A DNA stretch of 64,000 nucleotides from Obrimoposthia wandeli (GCA_977020255.1 CDROCS010001089.1:620001-684000), one strand, 5' to 3'; numbered from the stretch's first letter, positions 49,691-60,107 are shown. Translations and numbers: made by a program. The notes: generated by a model from the letters alone, not told the origin.

Positions 49691-50804
49691 AAAATACGAT
49701 GCTCATATCGCCGGCTACTACGGCATGCAAAATAGCGGTGACGACGCGCTCATGTACGCTACGGTTTGGGGCGCTAAAAAAATCTTGCACTGTGAATCTA
49801 CAAGTATTGGGTTGTATAACATTGATAATAGCGCTCAGGATCAGCCATTGCAGGTTAATCGCCAACGTCCTTTGTATTACAAACAAGCCTTTGCAGGGCA
49901 AAATAGATTAGCTCAATACCAAGCCGCTATCCAAAGTAAAGGCGTTATATTTGGCGGAGGCTCAGTATTGCATAGTGTGTCTGATATTAATCTTAAACGC
50001 CATTTGATGCTGCTGGCGGGCAGAGCGAATAGCCGCGCTGTCGGTGTCAGCTTAGGCCCTTTTCAATCAATCGCGGCTGAAAAAGCCTGCACTGCTTTTT
50101 TAAACGAATGTGGCTTTGTGGGGGTAAGGGATCAGAAAAGTTTCGAGCTTGCGCAATCTTTAGCGCCACAAGCAAACATAAAGAAAACTTTTGATCTAGC
50201 GCCTTTATTACTTTGTGCAAATAAACAAATACTCAGCAATAAGTCGCGCCAAGGAGTTGCTCTATCGCTATGTCCTGTGGCGGTTGATCCATCGGGATGT
50301 GTTGATGAGAAGGCAGAGAAAAAGCGGTTGTCAGAGCTTTGCCATTTGCTTGAAACCCTTTATAAAAGCACTGGTGAAGTGATTACCCTATTAACCTTTA
50401 ACGGCCATGATCAATTAGGCGATTGGAAAATAAACCACGACATCAAATCATGTTTAGGGAGCAAAGTGCCGATCGCTATCAAAGCGTATAACCCTAACCC
50501 ATTTGCGGTTTTACAAGATTTAGCCAATTACAAAGCCGTTATCAGCATGCGCTTACATGGCTCTATTTTGAGTTATTTAAAGAACACCCCAGTGATTTCA
50601 TTAAATTATCATGAGAAATGCCAGGGTTGGTGCACACAGATCGGCCTTGCAAAAAACTATCAATTTAATCCTCAATGTTTAGATGTTGAGGGTATCAGGC
50701 AGCAAATAGAGCAAGGCTTAGAATACGGCTTTACTCAGTCATCATTAACCGTTGCCGACGCCTTAAAAAGTGCCTTATCAAATTGGAGTACTAGCCATGA
50801 ATAA
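49683..50804 (+). CDS. Polysaccharide pyruvyl transferase family
   Basis: GYYGMQNSGDD, FGGGS, VGVRD, SMRLHG. Confidence 0.88.
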   Translation: MFKKYDAHIAGYYGMQNSGDDALMYATVWGAKKILHCESTSIGLYNIDNSAQDQPLQVNRQRPLYYKQAFAGQNRLAQYQAAIQSKGVIFGGGSVLHSVSDINLKRHLMLLAGRANSRAVGVSLGPFQSIAAEKACTAFLNECGFVGVRDQKSFELAQSLAPQANIKKTFDLAPLLLCANKQILSNKSRQGVALSLCPVAVDPSGCVDEKAEKKRLSELCHLLETLYKSTGEVITLLTFNGHDQLGDWKINHDIKSCLGSKVPIAIKAYNPNPFAVLQDLANYKAVISMRLHGSILSYLKNTPVISLNYHEKCQGWCTQIGLAKNYQFNPQCLDVEGIRQQIEQGLEYGFTQSSLTVADALKSALSNWSTSHE

Positions 50805-51747
50805 CCCAAATTTCACCGTCATTATTCCACTTTATAATAAAGCAGAACATATCCTGCGCGCTTTAGAGAGCATAAAGTGTCAAAAATACGCAGCGGCGCA
50901 AATCATCGTCATTGATGATGGCTCTACTGATGCTGGGGCGGCGCTTGTTAAAGCCGCTAATATTGAAAATTTACAGTTGGTTCAACAAGCTAATGCGGGT
51001 GTCTCTAGTGCCAGAAACAAAGGCATTGCTTTAGCCAAATATAAATATATCGCTTTTTTAGATGCCGATGACCAGTGGCTACCTTTATATCTTGAAGAGA
51101 CAGCAAGATTGATTAAAAAATTCCCACAGGCGGGTGTCTTTGGCACACGTTATCAAATTGTTGAAGCGGACAAAGCTGGGGGAGAGCGCTATGTAGATGC
51201 AAAAATTTATATTGATGACATTGATCCTACGGGTGAAATACTAACCGATTATTTTGATATGGCGTCACGCGGTGATTTGCCGTTCACCATGTCTAGCGTC
51301 ACGATCAGGAAATCATTATTTGATAATATCGGAGTTTTCCCTGAAGGTGAGCGACTTGGAGAGGATCAGGACTTGTTTTGTCGTGCGGCTTTGAATACCT
51401 ACATTGCGTATTCAAACAACATCCACTCTTTATATCATCGTGATGCACAAAATCGAGCTTGCCTACTAAATATTGTGCAACAAGAATGTCCTTTTAGCAT
51501 TCGATTAACCAAGAAAGCACTGCAAATGCCGCATCGTAAAGCTATTCAAATCAGCATGTTGCGCTGCAGTGCTGCTCATTTATGTCATATAGCGAAAATA
51601 AATATCAAGGTTGGGCGCTTTCAACAAGCAAGATCATTGCTGGCAGACCCGCGATGTAAATTAAAGCTTAAGCATTTGTGTGTTCTGTACACTTTATCTT
51701 GGGCAAAGCAGATAACAGGTTCATTTTTCGGATTACGACATAGTTAA
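50797..51747 (+). CDS. Glycosyltransferase family 2
   Basis: VIIPLYNK, IDDGSTD, AFLDADD, GEDQD. Confidence 0.9.
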   Translation: MNNPNFTVIIPLYNKAEHILRALESIKCQKYAAAQIIVIDDGSTDAGAALVKAANIENLQLVQQANAGVSSARNKGIALAKYKYIAFLDADDQWLPLYLEETARLIKKFPQAGVFGTRYQIVEADKAGGERYVDAKIYIDDIDPTGEILTDYFDMASRGDLPFTMSSVTIRKSLFDNIGVFPEGERLGEDQDLFCRAALNTYIAYSNNIHSLYHRDAQNRACLLNIVQQECPFSIRLTKKALQMPHRKAIQISMLRCSAAHLCHIAKINIKVGRFQQARSLLADPRCKLKLKHLCVLYTLSWAKQITGSFFGLRHS

Positions 51748-51913
51748 ACTGTGTTTGATATTACACTCCTATATCTTTGTAAAATTCATCCAAAGAGCTC
51801 ATTTTGTCACTGCAATACAAATTGCAGTGACATCACTCTGGGTGTTGCTTATAAGGCCGGTTCTAGCAAAGCAGGTTGAAGTTGCAGAAGATACCGAGCA
51901 AAAAATTTAGATT

Positions 51914-52762
51914 TTAATCAGGCGATTTCAATTGTCTAAGGTATTGGGGATTGCGAAAATCCCGCAAAGCTTGTTCAATCTCTTCATGTTTATTCATCAC
52001 AAAAGGACCGTATTGCACTAATGGCTCATCAATTGGTTGGCCACTTAATACTAGCAAGTCAGCACCTTCTGCCCCTGCTTTTAGCGCTAAGGTTTCACCT
52101 GTGCTGTAAATACCTAGCTGACGCTGGTTGACGCAATCGGTATAACCTCTATAGACATATACCACTGCAGGGTTCTTTTCACCAAAAGATAAATCAATAC
52201 TTTCATTAGGCTTTAGCTGCACATCCAAAAACACCGCCTGCGCCGAGCTTTTAGGCAACGGGCCTTGATAAGCTTTTTGATCGATATTTATAGCGCCTGC
52301 AATAACCCGCACTAGACCACCCTCGGGTAATTGTTGTTCTATAATATTGTGGCTGCCAATTTCTTGATAAGCCGCGGGTTTCATCTTTTGCGCTGCAGGT
52401 AAATTCAGCCAAATTTGAAAACCATGTAATAAACCTTCTTCTTGCTCGGGCATTTCTGAGTGCAATACACCTGCACCCGCGGTCATCCATTGCACATCAC
52501 CAGGTGCAATTACTCCCTCATTACCCATGTGATCACGATGGCGCATACGCCCGGCTTTCATATAAGTGATGGTTTCAAAACCTCGGTGAGGGTGCTCTGG
52601 GAAGCCAGCTAAATAATCGTCGGCTTGGTCAGAGTTAATTTCATCGATCATCAAAAAAGGGTTCATCAGCTGTTGTACTTGACGGCCACCTAAGCGATGA
52701 ATTTTTACACCCGCGCCATCTTGTGTTGGCTGTGCATCCAATACTTTCGTTAACGTTCTCAT
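51914..52762 (-). CDS. Pirin family protein
   Basis: PFLMID, HPHRGFET, QWMTAGAGVLHSE, FQIWLNLP, YGPFVMN. Confidence 0.95.
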   Translation of the reverse strand: MRTLTKVLDAQPTQDGAGVKIHRLGGRQVQQLMNPFLMIDEINSDQADDYLAGFPEHPHRGFETITYMKAGRMRHRDHMGNEGVIAPGDVQWMTAGAGVLHSEMPEQEEGLLHGFQIWLNLPAAQKMKPAAYQEIGSHNIIEQQLPEGGLVRVIAGAINIDQKAYQGPLPKSSAQAVFLDVQLKPNESIDLSFGEKNPAVVYVYRGYTDCVNQRQLGIYSTGETLALKAGAEGADLLVLSGQPIDEPLVQYGPFVMNKHEEIEQALRDFRNPQYLRQLKSPD

Positions 52763-52800
52763 CTGGGGTCTCCTGCTATTGATTACAGTGTATCTCTGTT

Positions 52801-52953
52801 CATTGCTGTCAGGTTAAAAAATGTAAGCCCTGTAACTCATTGATTTGTGGACTTCTGCTATGATTAAAGAAGCACTCTTCTACAAAATAAGACTTGTCGT
52901 TAGCGTAAAATCAGCGAGTTACAAAGCAACAAAAATTAAACTGGAAAGCAATG
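52801..52953 (+). repeat. Repeat family 2 copy overlapping the GST 3' end
   Basis: CATTGCTGTCAGGTTAAAAAATGTAAGC...CAACAAAAATTAAACTGGAAAGCAATG. Confidence 0.8.
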
Positions 52954-53901
52954 ATCTCTGTTGTGAGCCAGTGTTAAATCTTGAGCCGGGCCAACAGGGA
53001 TTACACCAGTGGGATTGATCATTAAGTGGCTCGCATAATAGTGAGTTTTTATATGCTCAAAATTGACGGTTTCAGCGATCCCAGCAATTTGGTAAAGCTC
53101 ACGAACATAGCCACTTAATGCTGGGTAATCGGCTATTTGCTGGCGATTGGTTTTAAAATGGCCAAAGTACACTGCGTCAAAGCGAATCAGGGTTGAAAAT
53201 AAACGCCAATCGGCTTCTGTTATCTGAGCACCGGCTAAGTAGCGCTGTTTACTCAAAATATTTTCGATCCAATCAAGCGAATCAAACAAACTATAAAATG
53301 CCTGTTCATAAGCGGGTTGTGTCGTCGCAAAACCTGCGCGATATACACCGTTATTGATCGTTTCGTAAATACGCTCATTCAACGTATGAATGGTGCTATG
53401 TAAATGTTCAGGATAGTAATCATCAGTATTACCGGTTAGATGATTAAATGCGCTATTGAACATACGAATAATTTCTGAGGATTCATTGCTAACAATGGTT
53501 TGTGTTTGCTTATCCCATAACACAGGGACTGTTACTCGACCTTCATAGGCGCTATCCGCTTTTAAATACAATTCGTAAACGTAATCTAAGCCGTACAACT
53601 CATCATTCATTTCCCAACCGTTTTCGAGCATTATTGGCTCAACCACAGTGACGTCGATGTAGTCTTGGAGCTGCTTAAGCTCGCGAAAAATGAGGGTGCG
53701 ATGCGCCCAAGGGCAGGCCAGTGACACATATAAATGGTAGCGCCCTTTTTCAGCTTTAAAACCTTGCTCACCATTAGGGCCAGCACTGCCATCAGCGGTT
53801 AGCCAATTTCTAAAACGACTATCTTGGCGGCGAAACTCACCTGAGCTATCTTTCGTGTCATACCACTGATCTACCCATTTACCTTGTTGTAATAAACCCA
53901 T
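52936..53901 (-). CDS. yqjG: Glutathionyl-hydroquinone reductase (omega-like GST)
   Basis: RYHLYVSLACPWAHR, VTVPVLWDK, NNESS-like SNESS, NNGVYRAGF, NPTGVIPVGP. Confidence 0.92.
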   Translation of the reverse strand: MGLLQQGKWVDQWYDTKDSSGEFRRQDSRFRNWLTADGSAGPNGEQGFKAEKGRYHLYVSLACPWAHRTLIFRELKQLQDYIDVTVVEPIMLENGWEMNDELYGLDYVYELYLKADSAYEGRVTVPVLWDKQTQTIVSNESSEIIRMFNSAFNHLTGNTDDYYPEHLHSTIHTLNERIYETINNGVYRAGFATTQPAYEQAFYSLFDSLDWIENILSKQRYLAGAQITEADWRLFSTLIRFDAVYFGHFKTNRQQIADYPALSGYVRELYQIAGIAETVNFEHIKTHYYASHLMINPTGVIPVGPAQDLTLAHNRDHCFPV

Positions 53902-54009
53902 TGTCCTATTCCTTATCAAATTTCAATTCTTGATTGCTAAAGGTTAAAACGCGCGCTTTAAAATTAGCGCGCCGTGCTTTTAACCATTAGTTAAATTAAT
54001 GCGCTTGGT

Positions 54010-54459
54010 TTAGCGTGCTTGTAGTAAACGGTCCGCGCTGAAACTACCGGCACCGCGTATTGCCAAAGCAACGCTCAGAGCTAATAGAGCCAAGCCAAAT
54101 TCGTAACCGTTGTTCGCCATAAAAAGACCATTTGGTAAATGCACCGTGAAAATGGCTACCAGCATGGTAATAGCCAGCAATAAAGCGGCTGGGCGTACCA
54201 GAAACCCGATGATCAATAGTAAGCCGCCTAAGAATTCAGCGCCGCCTGCCATTAGAGCCATAAGTAAACCAGGATCAAGGCCGATAGATGTCATCCATCC
54301 CGCTGTGCCTTCTAAGCCGTAGCCACCGAACCGGCCGAATAATTTTTGGCTGCCGTGAGCGGCGAATATAACGCCAGCACCGATGCGAATTGCTAAAGTA
54401 TCGAAGCCAGAAGCGGTGTTAATCAGTTTGTTAATAGGGTTTGCAATGAGTGCATTCAT
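54010..54459 (-). CDS. DoxX family membrane protein
   Basis: HGSQKLFG, AEFLGGLLL, GYEFGL, GAGSFSAD. Confidence 0.92.
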   Translation of the reverse strand: MNALIANPINKLINTASGFDTLAIRIGAGVIFAAHGSQKLFGRFGGYGLEGTAGWMTSIGLDPGLLMALMAGGAEFLGGLLLIIGFLVRPAALLLAITMLVAIFTVHLPNGLFMANNGYEFGLALLALSVALAIRGAGSFSADRLLQAR

Positions 54460-54602
54460 GTTCTATCTCCAAAATTTCTGTGTGAGTTTGTGTAGTTGAT
54501 GGAGTTAGTATATCGATCTGAATAATTGTAATAAGTCCTGTTTTTTGTTTAGAATGATCTAATTTTCAGAACAATTAAAAATCGCTACTTTCTTAACTAA
54601 AA

Positions 54603-54765
54603 GTGTTCATAAACCTGAGGCGTCGCGAGGCGTTTCAATGATCGTAACAGGTAGCGAGCGATAAGTGGGCAAAAACTCGGCGAAATAGCGGAGTTTATAG
54701 TTTATAAATGAGCACATTGAGTGAGGCCGTTCGCAGTAGACATCCGTTCCCTGGATTATTGAACA
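54603..54765 (+). repeat. Mosaic element: family-1-like ends with a family-3-like core
   Basis: Left GTCGCGAG-GCGTTTCAATGAT and right CGTTCGCAGTAGACATCCGTT match family 1. The middle GTAGCGAGCGA..GGCAAAAAC..GGAGTTTAT..TATAAATGAG matches 21580-21650. Confidence 0.7.
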
Positions 54766-54816
54766 GCAGTAGTTAAATACGCCCAACCAAGGTCCCCTAA
54801 AGGGGGCTGCTTAATT

Positions 54817-55713
54817 ATGAGCAGGAATCCAATAACCATAGAAGTTCTTGAGACTTTAGATGCCATTGAGCGTCGTGGCAGTTTTGCTAAAGCCGCTGAA
54901 GAATTGAACAAAGCTACATCAGCAATTTCTTATGCAGTGCAAAAGCTAGAAGAGCAACTAGATATCTCCTTATTCCAACGCCAAGGGCGTCGCTCAGTGC
55001 TGACCCCTGCAGGTCGGCTTATTCTCGATGAAGGCCGCGAAATCCTCCATACAACCAGCCGATTGGCGCATAAGGCAAAAGAGCTCGCGACAGGTTGGGA
55101 GCCACGCATCAGCATTGCAGTTGAATCGATGCAATCTTACACTGCATTTTTCTGCGTGATAAACACCTTCCTCAAACAGTACCCCACGATAGAAATTGAT
55201 ATTCGCGAGTCAGTGCTTAACGGTGGTTGGGAAGCGCTGGAACATGATCGAGTGGCACTGATTGTAGGATCACCAGGGCCAGTGCCGTTACAAAAAGGCT
55301 ACCGATCAATACCCATAAATCGCCCTGAATTAATCCCAGTGATTGGCGCACAACATGAACTAGCAGCACTGGCAACACAACCTGAAAAGCTTACAACACT
55401 GCTGCCTAGCATTCGGCGCGTCATCACGCACGATACATCGCAACAAGATATTACCCGCAGTGCGGGTTTAAGCAGCGATGGGCAAAAATTTTATGTGCAA
55501 AATATCGATCAAAAAGTAACAGCCATTCTTGCAGGCATCGGTATTGGCCACTTGCCGAAAGAACGTGCACAGCAATATATCAAAGCAGGGCAGTTAATCG
55601 CCCTACCATTAGCGCAAGGAGACAAGGACGAGAACTTTTTAGCATGGAAAATAAATAACAAAGGTATGGGCTTGCAGGCATTAACTAGGCTACTGGCCTC
55701 TGCGTTAGGGTGA
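54817..55713 (+). CDS. LysR family regulator (YhaJ-like) divergent from doxX-gst-pirin
   Basis: SFAKAAEELNKATSAISYAVQKLEEQLDISLF.R.GRR. Confidence 0.92.
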   Translation: MSRNPITIEVLETLDAIERRGSFAKAAEELNKATSAISYAVQKLEEQLDISLFQRQGRRSVLTPAGRLILDEGREILHTTSRLAHKAKELATGWEPRISIAVESMQSYTAFFCVINTFLKQYPTIEIDIRESVLNGGWEALEHDRVALIVGSPGPVPLQKGYRSIPINRPELIPVIGAQHELAALATQPEKLTTLLPSIRRVITHDTSQQDITRSAGLSSDGQKFYVQNIDQKVTAILAGIGIGHLPKERAQQYIKAGQLIALPLAQGDKDENFLAWKINNKGMGLQALTRLLASALG

Positions 55714-55787
55714 TGGTTAGATTAATAAGTGGTAGTAGGTTGCAGTATAAGATCTCGTAAGTAATTACATTTATTACCAGTAAAAAG

Positions 55788-56183
55788 TTAGCTAGGCGAT
55801 TGCTGCTGCCAGAGTCCATATAGAATGTCAGCGAACTGTGATTCAGATATTTCATTAATAATAGTTCCAACCATCGCGTTAGCTAATTGGTCATTGTCAT
55901 CTGTCAATTCATAATCATTAAGTGATAAATATTCTAGACTAACCGCAAGTCCAGTGCGTTTGTTCGCATCAGAGAAAGAATGGCTTATGCCAATGGCAAC
56001 TGCGTATTTGGCTGCTATATCAAAAATATCATCAAGGCCGCTGTACATAATAGCGTTGTCTATTCGCCCTAAAGCACCTTCCAGCTTGGCTATATCAATA
56101 CCACCTTGAAGACCTTTGCCAGTAGTAAGGATAAAATTATTAATTTCGACAACCCGCGAAGCAGGGAATTGAATAATATTCAT
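55788..56183 (-). CDS. doc: Doc (Fic-family) toxin
   Basis: HSFSDANKRTG motif; LEGALGRIDN..Y. Confidence 0.88.
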   Translation of the reverse strand: MNIIQFPASRVVEINNFILTTGKGLQGGIDIAKLEGALGRIDNAIMYSGLDDIFDIAAKYAVAIGISHSFSDANKRTGLAVSLEYLSLNDYELTDDNDQLANAMVGTIINEISESQFADILYGLWQQQSPS

Positions 56184-56350
56184 TACATATCAGCCAATTT
56201 TTCGAATGTTTTTTTGTGTGTGCGTAGAGCAAGTTTTGTTTCAGATAGAACTATTTGCTGGCCCTCCAAAGAAGATAAATCAAGTTTTTTGTGAGCTTTT
56301 ATGTGGGGACGTTTCTGTGCTTGCGGTAGGCCATATTTGTTTGTGTTCAT
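56183..56350 (-). CDS. phd: 55-aa Phd-type antitoxin (absent from the ORF track)
   Basis: MNTNKYGLPQAQKRPHIKAHKKLDLSSLEGQQIVLSETKLALRTHKKTFEKLADM; TAATG overlap with doc; AGGAG RBS. Resembles my recollection of the V. cholerae superintegron Phd. Confidence 0.8.
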   Translation of the reverse strand: MNTNKYGLPQAQKRPHIKAHKKLDLSSLEGQQIVLSETKLALRTHKKTFEKLADM

Positions 56351-56916
56351 AAGAGCTCCTCATTTTATTTATTCATAATAACCTAATTGTATGACAACGA
56401 TGGGTAAAAATAAATTGTTTATCAATAAGCTACTCCATACCCTGATTCTATGCTAGTTTATCAATTCGAGCGGGCAGCTCGCGGTCGTTACTTCATCATC
56501 TGTTAGGTTTTTTTGTTCTCTGTGTTATATACAGCTCTTCTTACCTAGTCTTCCCTTAGAAATATCACAGGTTCGTTCATAATGATGAATATAGTGGATA
56601 GCATTCATGACTTTTCTAGCGTTTTCAAATTACGTTTAATCGAAATTTTTAGCTCTAGTACAAGATAAATTTCAGTTCCCCCAGTAATATATACATCTAC
56701 ATGAACCGCTGTTGTCGATCCATCTCCGGGCTAGGATATATCTACCTCCAAAGCCGATACACTGGCGTTGCTCTGATGCTTCGCACAGATAAGTGAGTGA
56801 ACTATAATGATGGGATTTAATATTTTATCTACATCTGCTAACACTGCTTGTATCTCTAAAGTAAACACAGGTGTAAAAATATCTGACTTCGCTTGGTAAT
56901 TTGCAATGCTCATAAT

Positions 56917-57759
56917 TCATTCCCTAAATGCGTTAGCTTTATTTTGTGGGAGGATGTTATAAAAAACCGCGATCAACACTAATCCTCCGCCGATCCAAGT
57001 GGCAGCAGATGGGAGTTGCATAAAAACCAGCCAAGCCCACAAAGGCGCTAGCGGTGCCTCCAGTGTGCTTATTAGGGAGGATTGGGAAGCTGGAATTAAA
57101 CGCGTACCTTCCACCATTAATATTGTCGCTAGTGCGAAAACTACACCAAACCCCACTAATAAAACTAAATCCACAGCACTGGAAGCAACAGCATTAACGG
57201 CAAAAGGGTCACTTAACATGAAGCTAAGTAAGACGTGAATTACTGCTGCAATAAGAGTGGATAAAATCATCGGCTTGTTGGGGAATTTTCTAAATAAAAC
57301 CACTAAGGCAGACATTCCTAAGGCCATAAATAGTGCCAGTACATCTCCGATCAGATTAATAGATCCACCTGATCCACCCACCATAATCACAACGCCAACT
57401 AAAGCGAGCGTGGCACAAATAATGGCTCTAGTCTTAATTCTTTCTCGTAGAAATACCCAGGCTAATACGGAGACTATGAAAGGGGTAATAGCGTAGATTA
57501 TCGATACATTAGCGATGCTTGTGTACTTAAAGGCGCTGATAAAACAGATAGTTGAAGCTGCGCCAATGACAGCGGATAACCAACCAGGCCACCCTAGGTT
57601 TTTAAACTCATGCGTTATACCTTGTTCACTTTTCTTGTGGACGTATAAGCCTAAAATCAATATTGAGAATAGCCCTCTGTAAAATAAAATGACCCACACA
57701 CTGGCTTCTATTCCTTTTGCGAACAAACCAAGCGTGCTCCAAACTAAGTGAGATACCAA
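56917..57759 (-). CDS. EamA/DMT transporter; N-terminus possibly broken
   Basis: Ten-TM DMT pattern. An upstream in-frame ATG (about 57822) is separated from it by TGA-TGA. Confidence 0.75.
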   Translation of the reverse strand: MVSHLVWSTLGLFAKGIEASVWVILFYRGLFSILILGLYVHKKSEQGITHEFKNLGWPGWLSAVIGAASTICFISAFKYTSIANVSIIYAITPFIVSVLAWVFLRERIKTRAIICATLALVGVVIMVGGSGGSINLIGDVLALFMALGMSALVVLFRKFPNKPMILSTLIAAVIHVLLSFMLSDPFAVNAVASSAVDLVLLVGFGVVFALATILMVEGTRLIPASQSSLISTLEAPLAPLWAWLVFMQLPSAATWIGGGLVLIAVFYNILPQNKANAFRE

Positions 57760-57909
57760 CGATATTACGCTGATTTGGTAAGTACCTCATCAGCTGGCAG
57801 CACTTGTGTTCGAAAATTGCATACTAATGCTCCAGCTATGTTTTAAATACATCTCTGAGAGGCTTAAATTATCGGTAGTCTGAGATGTGTCCATTTTGTT
57901 ATCCTCGCT

Positions 57910-58062
57910 CATTGCTGTCCGGTTAAAAAATGTAAGCTCTCTAACTCATTGATTTGTGGTTTTCTATCATGGGAAAATAGATGCTTTTTAGCTAAGGAGT
58001 AGTTTCCCTTAACGTAAAATAAATGAGTTAGAGAGCAACAAAAATTAAACCGGACACTAATG
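57910..58062 (+). repeat. Repeat family 2 copy (153 bp)
   Basis: CATTGCTGTCCGGTTAAAAAATG...AAAATTAAACCGGACACTAATG. Confidence 0.85.
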
Positions 58063-58140
58063 ATCCTCACTATAGTATTATTTACTTCTAATCGAAGTAT
58101 AAGCTATTATTATTACTCATACATCGAGGAGTATCGAACT

Positions 58141-58820
58141 ATGGTTGTAACTAAAAACATGGCGGCCATCGCCGCAGCTATGGCATCTCCAGAATTTAAT
58201 ATGCTTCAGCGACTTAAGGAGAATCACCGTCAGCTATTGAGATCTGCAGGTATTGCTGATATACAAACCAATACCGCCACCACACATTTACAAATCTTGT
58301 GCAAAGCCGATTTAATTAAGGTCGTGAAACAAGGGCGATATCGCTACTTCAAAATCAAAGATGAAAGTGTCAGTGATTTGATAGAAGCTTAGAGAGCAAT
58401 CATGTAAGCTCTTTAAAGCCACCGGTCATAAAGCGATGCTGCATATGGCCTTCCTTTGGCAGAACTTGCTACGACCATCTAGCAGGATGGTTAGGGGTGC
58501 AACTCACTGAAAGCTTGATACACAATCAGCATCTAATTCAGCGCGAAAAATCTTTTGACTTGACTGAGAAGGGAACTGATTTTCTGACAAAACTAGGGGT
58601 TGTCTTAAACAGTCCTAAAAACACGCGCCGCGTTTTCGCCCGTGCTTGCCTCGATTGGACTGAAGGCGAAATGCATGTAGGCGGCGCTCTCGGGGCAGAA
58701 TTATTTGCCTTCTTTGCCGCTGAAAAATGGGTCGCTAAGAATGATGATTATCGAGAGGTTGCTGTTTTACCTAAAGGTAAGGAAAATTTTCATCAATATT
58801 TTGGGATTTCGTTTTCTTAA
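58141..58820 (+). pseudogene. ArsR-family wHTH regulator, split
   Basis: KQGRYRYF (5' piece), RTCYDHLAG.LGV (shifted frame) and RACLDWTE..HVGGALG (3' piece). Confidence 0.85.
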
Positions 58821-58923
58821 TTTCGATAGAGATAACAGATAGTGTCTGTAATCATCAGCTAGATAACTTCATAATACTGTTAATCTAGGCGTTAAAATCG
58901 AGGTATAAAAGTATGGGGTTTAC

Positions 58924-59361
58924 ATGACTTTCGATTTTTTAATTATTGCTGGCGCATTTAGTTTGTTAGCCGCCACTTTACATATCGGTGTTGTTATCGG
59001 CGGCTCTCGCTGGTATATATTTTTCGGCGCTGGGCAAAAAATGGCAAAGATGGCTGAAAATGGCTCATTAAGGCCAGCGGTTGTCACATGTGTTATAGCT
59101 GCTGCTTTAGCTATTTGGGCTGCCTATGCGTGGTCTGGTGCGGGTTTGTTACCGGATATGCCTTTTACTAAACTGGCTTTATCAGTAATAACTTCGATCT
59201 ATTTAATACGCGGAATAGCAGGCTTAATTGCTCCGTTTATTACTAATCATGCTTCAATACAACAAAACAGTAGAGCTTTTTGGCTTTGGAGTTCATTAAT
59301 TTGCTTGATGATTGGTGGGCTTCATTTAATGGGTATATTGACGGCCTGGTCGAGGTTGTAG
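58924..59361 (+). CDS. Hypothetical membrane protein (4 TM)
   Basis: LHIGVVIGGSRWYIFFGAG...AYAWSGAG...IYLIRG; AGG RBS. Confidence 0.75.
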   Translation: MTFDFLIIAGAFSLLAATLHIGVVIGGSRWYIFFGAGQKMAKMAENGSLRPAVVTCVIAAALAIWAAYAWSGAGLLPDMPFTKLALSVITSIYLIRGIAGLIAPFITNHASIQQNSRAFWLWSSLICLMIGGLHLMGILTAWSRL

Positions 59362-59580
59362 CATTAAGGTTTGGGGCTCTTTACGTTTGCTGAGATATGA
59401 TGCATGTAAGGATAAATGTAAGGATAAATGAAAGAAAGCAACGCCGCTCTTTGAATCATCGAGTTCGTGTACCTTTACTATTATTAAAGCCCCTGAGATA
59501 ACAGAAAAATAACGGTAATTCATACTGTATAACGGCCTAAAATTTTAGTAAAATCAGGCTTTTAATTAGCGGCCAACGTC

Positions 59581-60099
59581 ATGTCGAAACAGCAAACTCC
59601 TTCTTATAAAACTAGTGATAGTCTTACAGATCATCCTCAATATATTGGCGAAAAACGTGCACACCAACATATCGCAATTTTAGCTAAGTGTTATCAAACA
59701 TATTTCGCAGCACCATTATTCAATGACAGCACAGATGACACTGAACTTTTAGCTAAGGCGTGGCAGGCAGATTTTGTATTGTTATCCCATGGCACAGGCG
59801 ATGATCCTGTTTTTAATTTTGCTAATATAGCCGCACAACAGCTGTTTGAAATGGATTACCTCGCGTTAACGAGCTTACCTTCGCGCAAATCAGCAGGTAG
59901 TAGTACGCAAGCCGAGCGCGATAAACTACTTGCTGAAGTTAGTAGTAAAGGCTGTATTGATGATTATTCTGGGGTTCGGGTTTCTGCTAGCGGTAAGCAG
60001 TTTTTTATTGAGCGCGCTAAAGTATGGAACCTAACAGATGAAAATGGCAATTATTATGGCCAAGCTGCAATGTTTAATTCATGGACAGCGATTACTTAA
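59581..60099 (+). CDS. Stand-alone MEKHLA-domain protein
   Basis: FVLLSHGT.DDPVFNFAN, LPSRKSA, DDYSGVRVS..G..F.IE...WN...GQAAMF. Confidence 0.85.
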   Translation: MSKQQTPSYKTSDSLTDHPQYIGEKRAHQHIAILAKCYQTYFAAPLFNDSTDDTELLAKAWQADFVLLSHGTGDDPVFNFANIAAQQLFEMDYLALTSLPSRKSAGSSTQAERDKLLAEVSSKGCIDDYSGVRVSASGKQFFIERAKVWNLTDENGNYYGQAAMFNSWTAIT

Positions 60100-60107
60100 G
60101 GGCAACC

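Noticed and set aside
55715-56450. attC/VCR sites flanking phd-doc
   Set aside because: No RYYYAAC...GTTRRRY inverted core with a palindromic stem was found.
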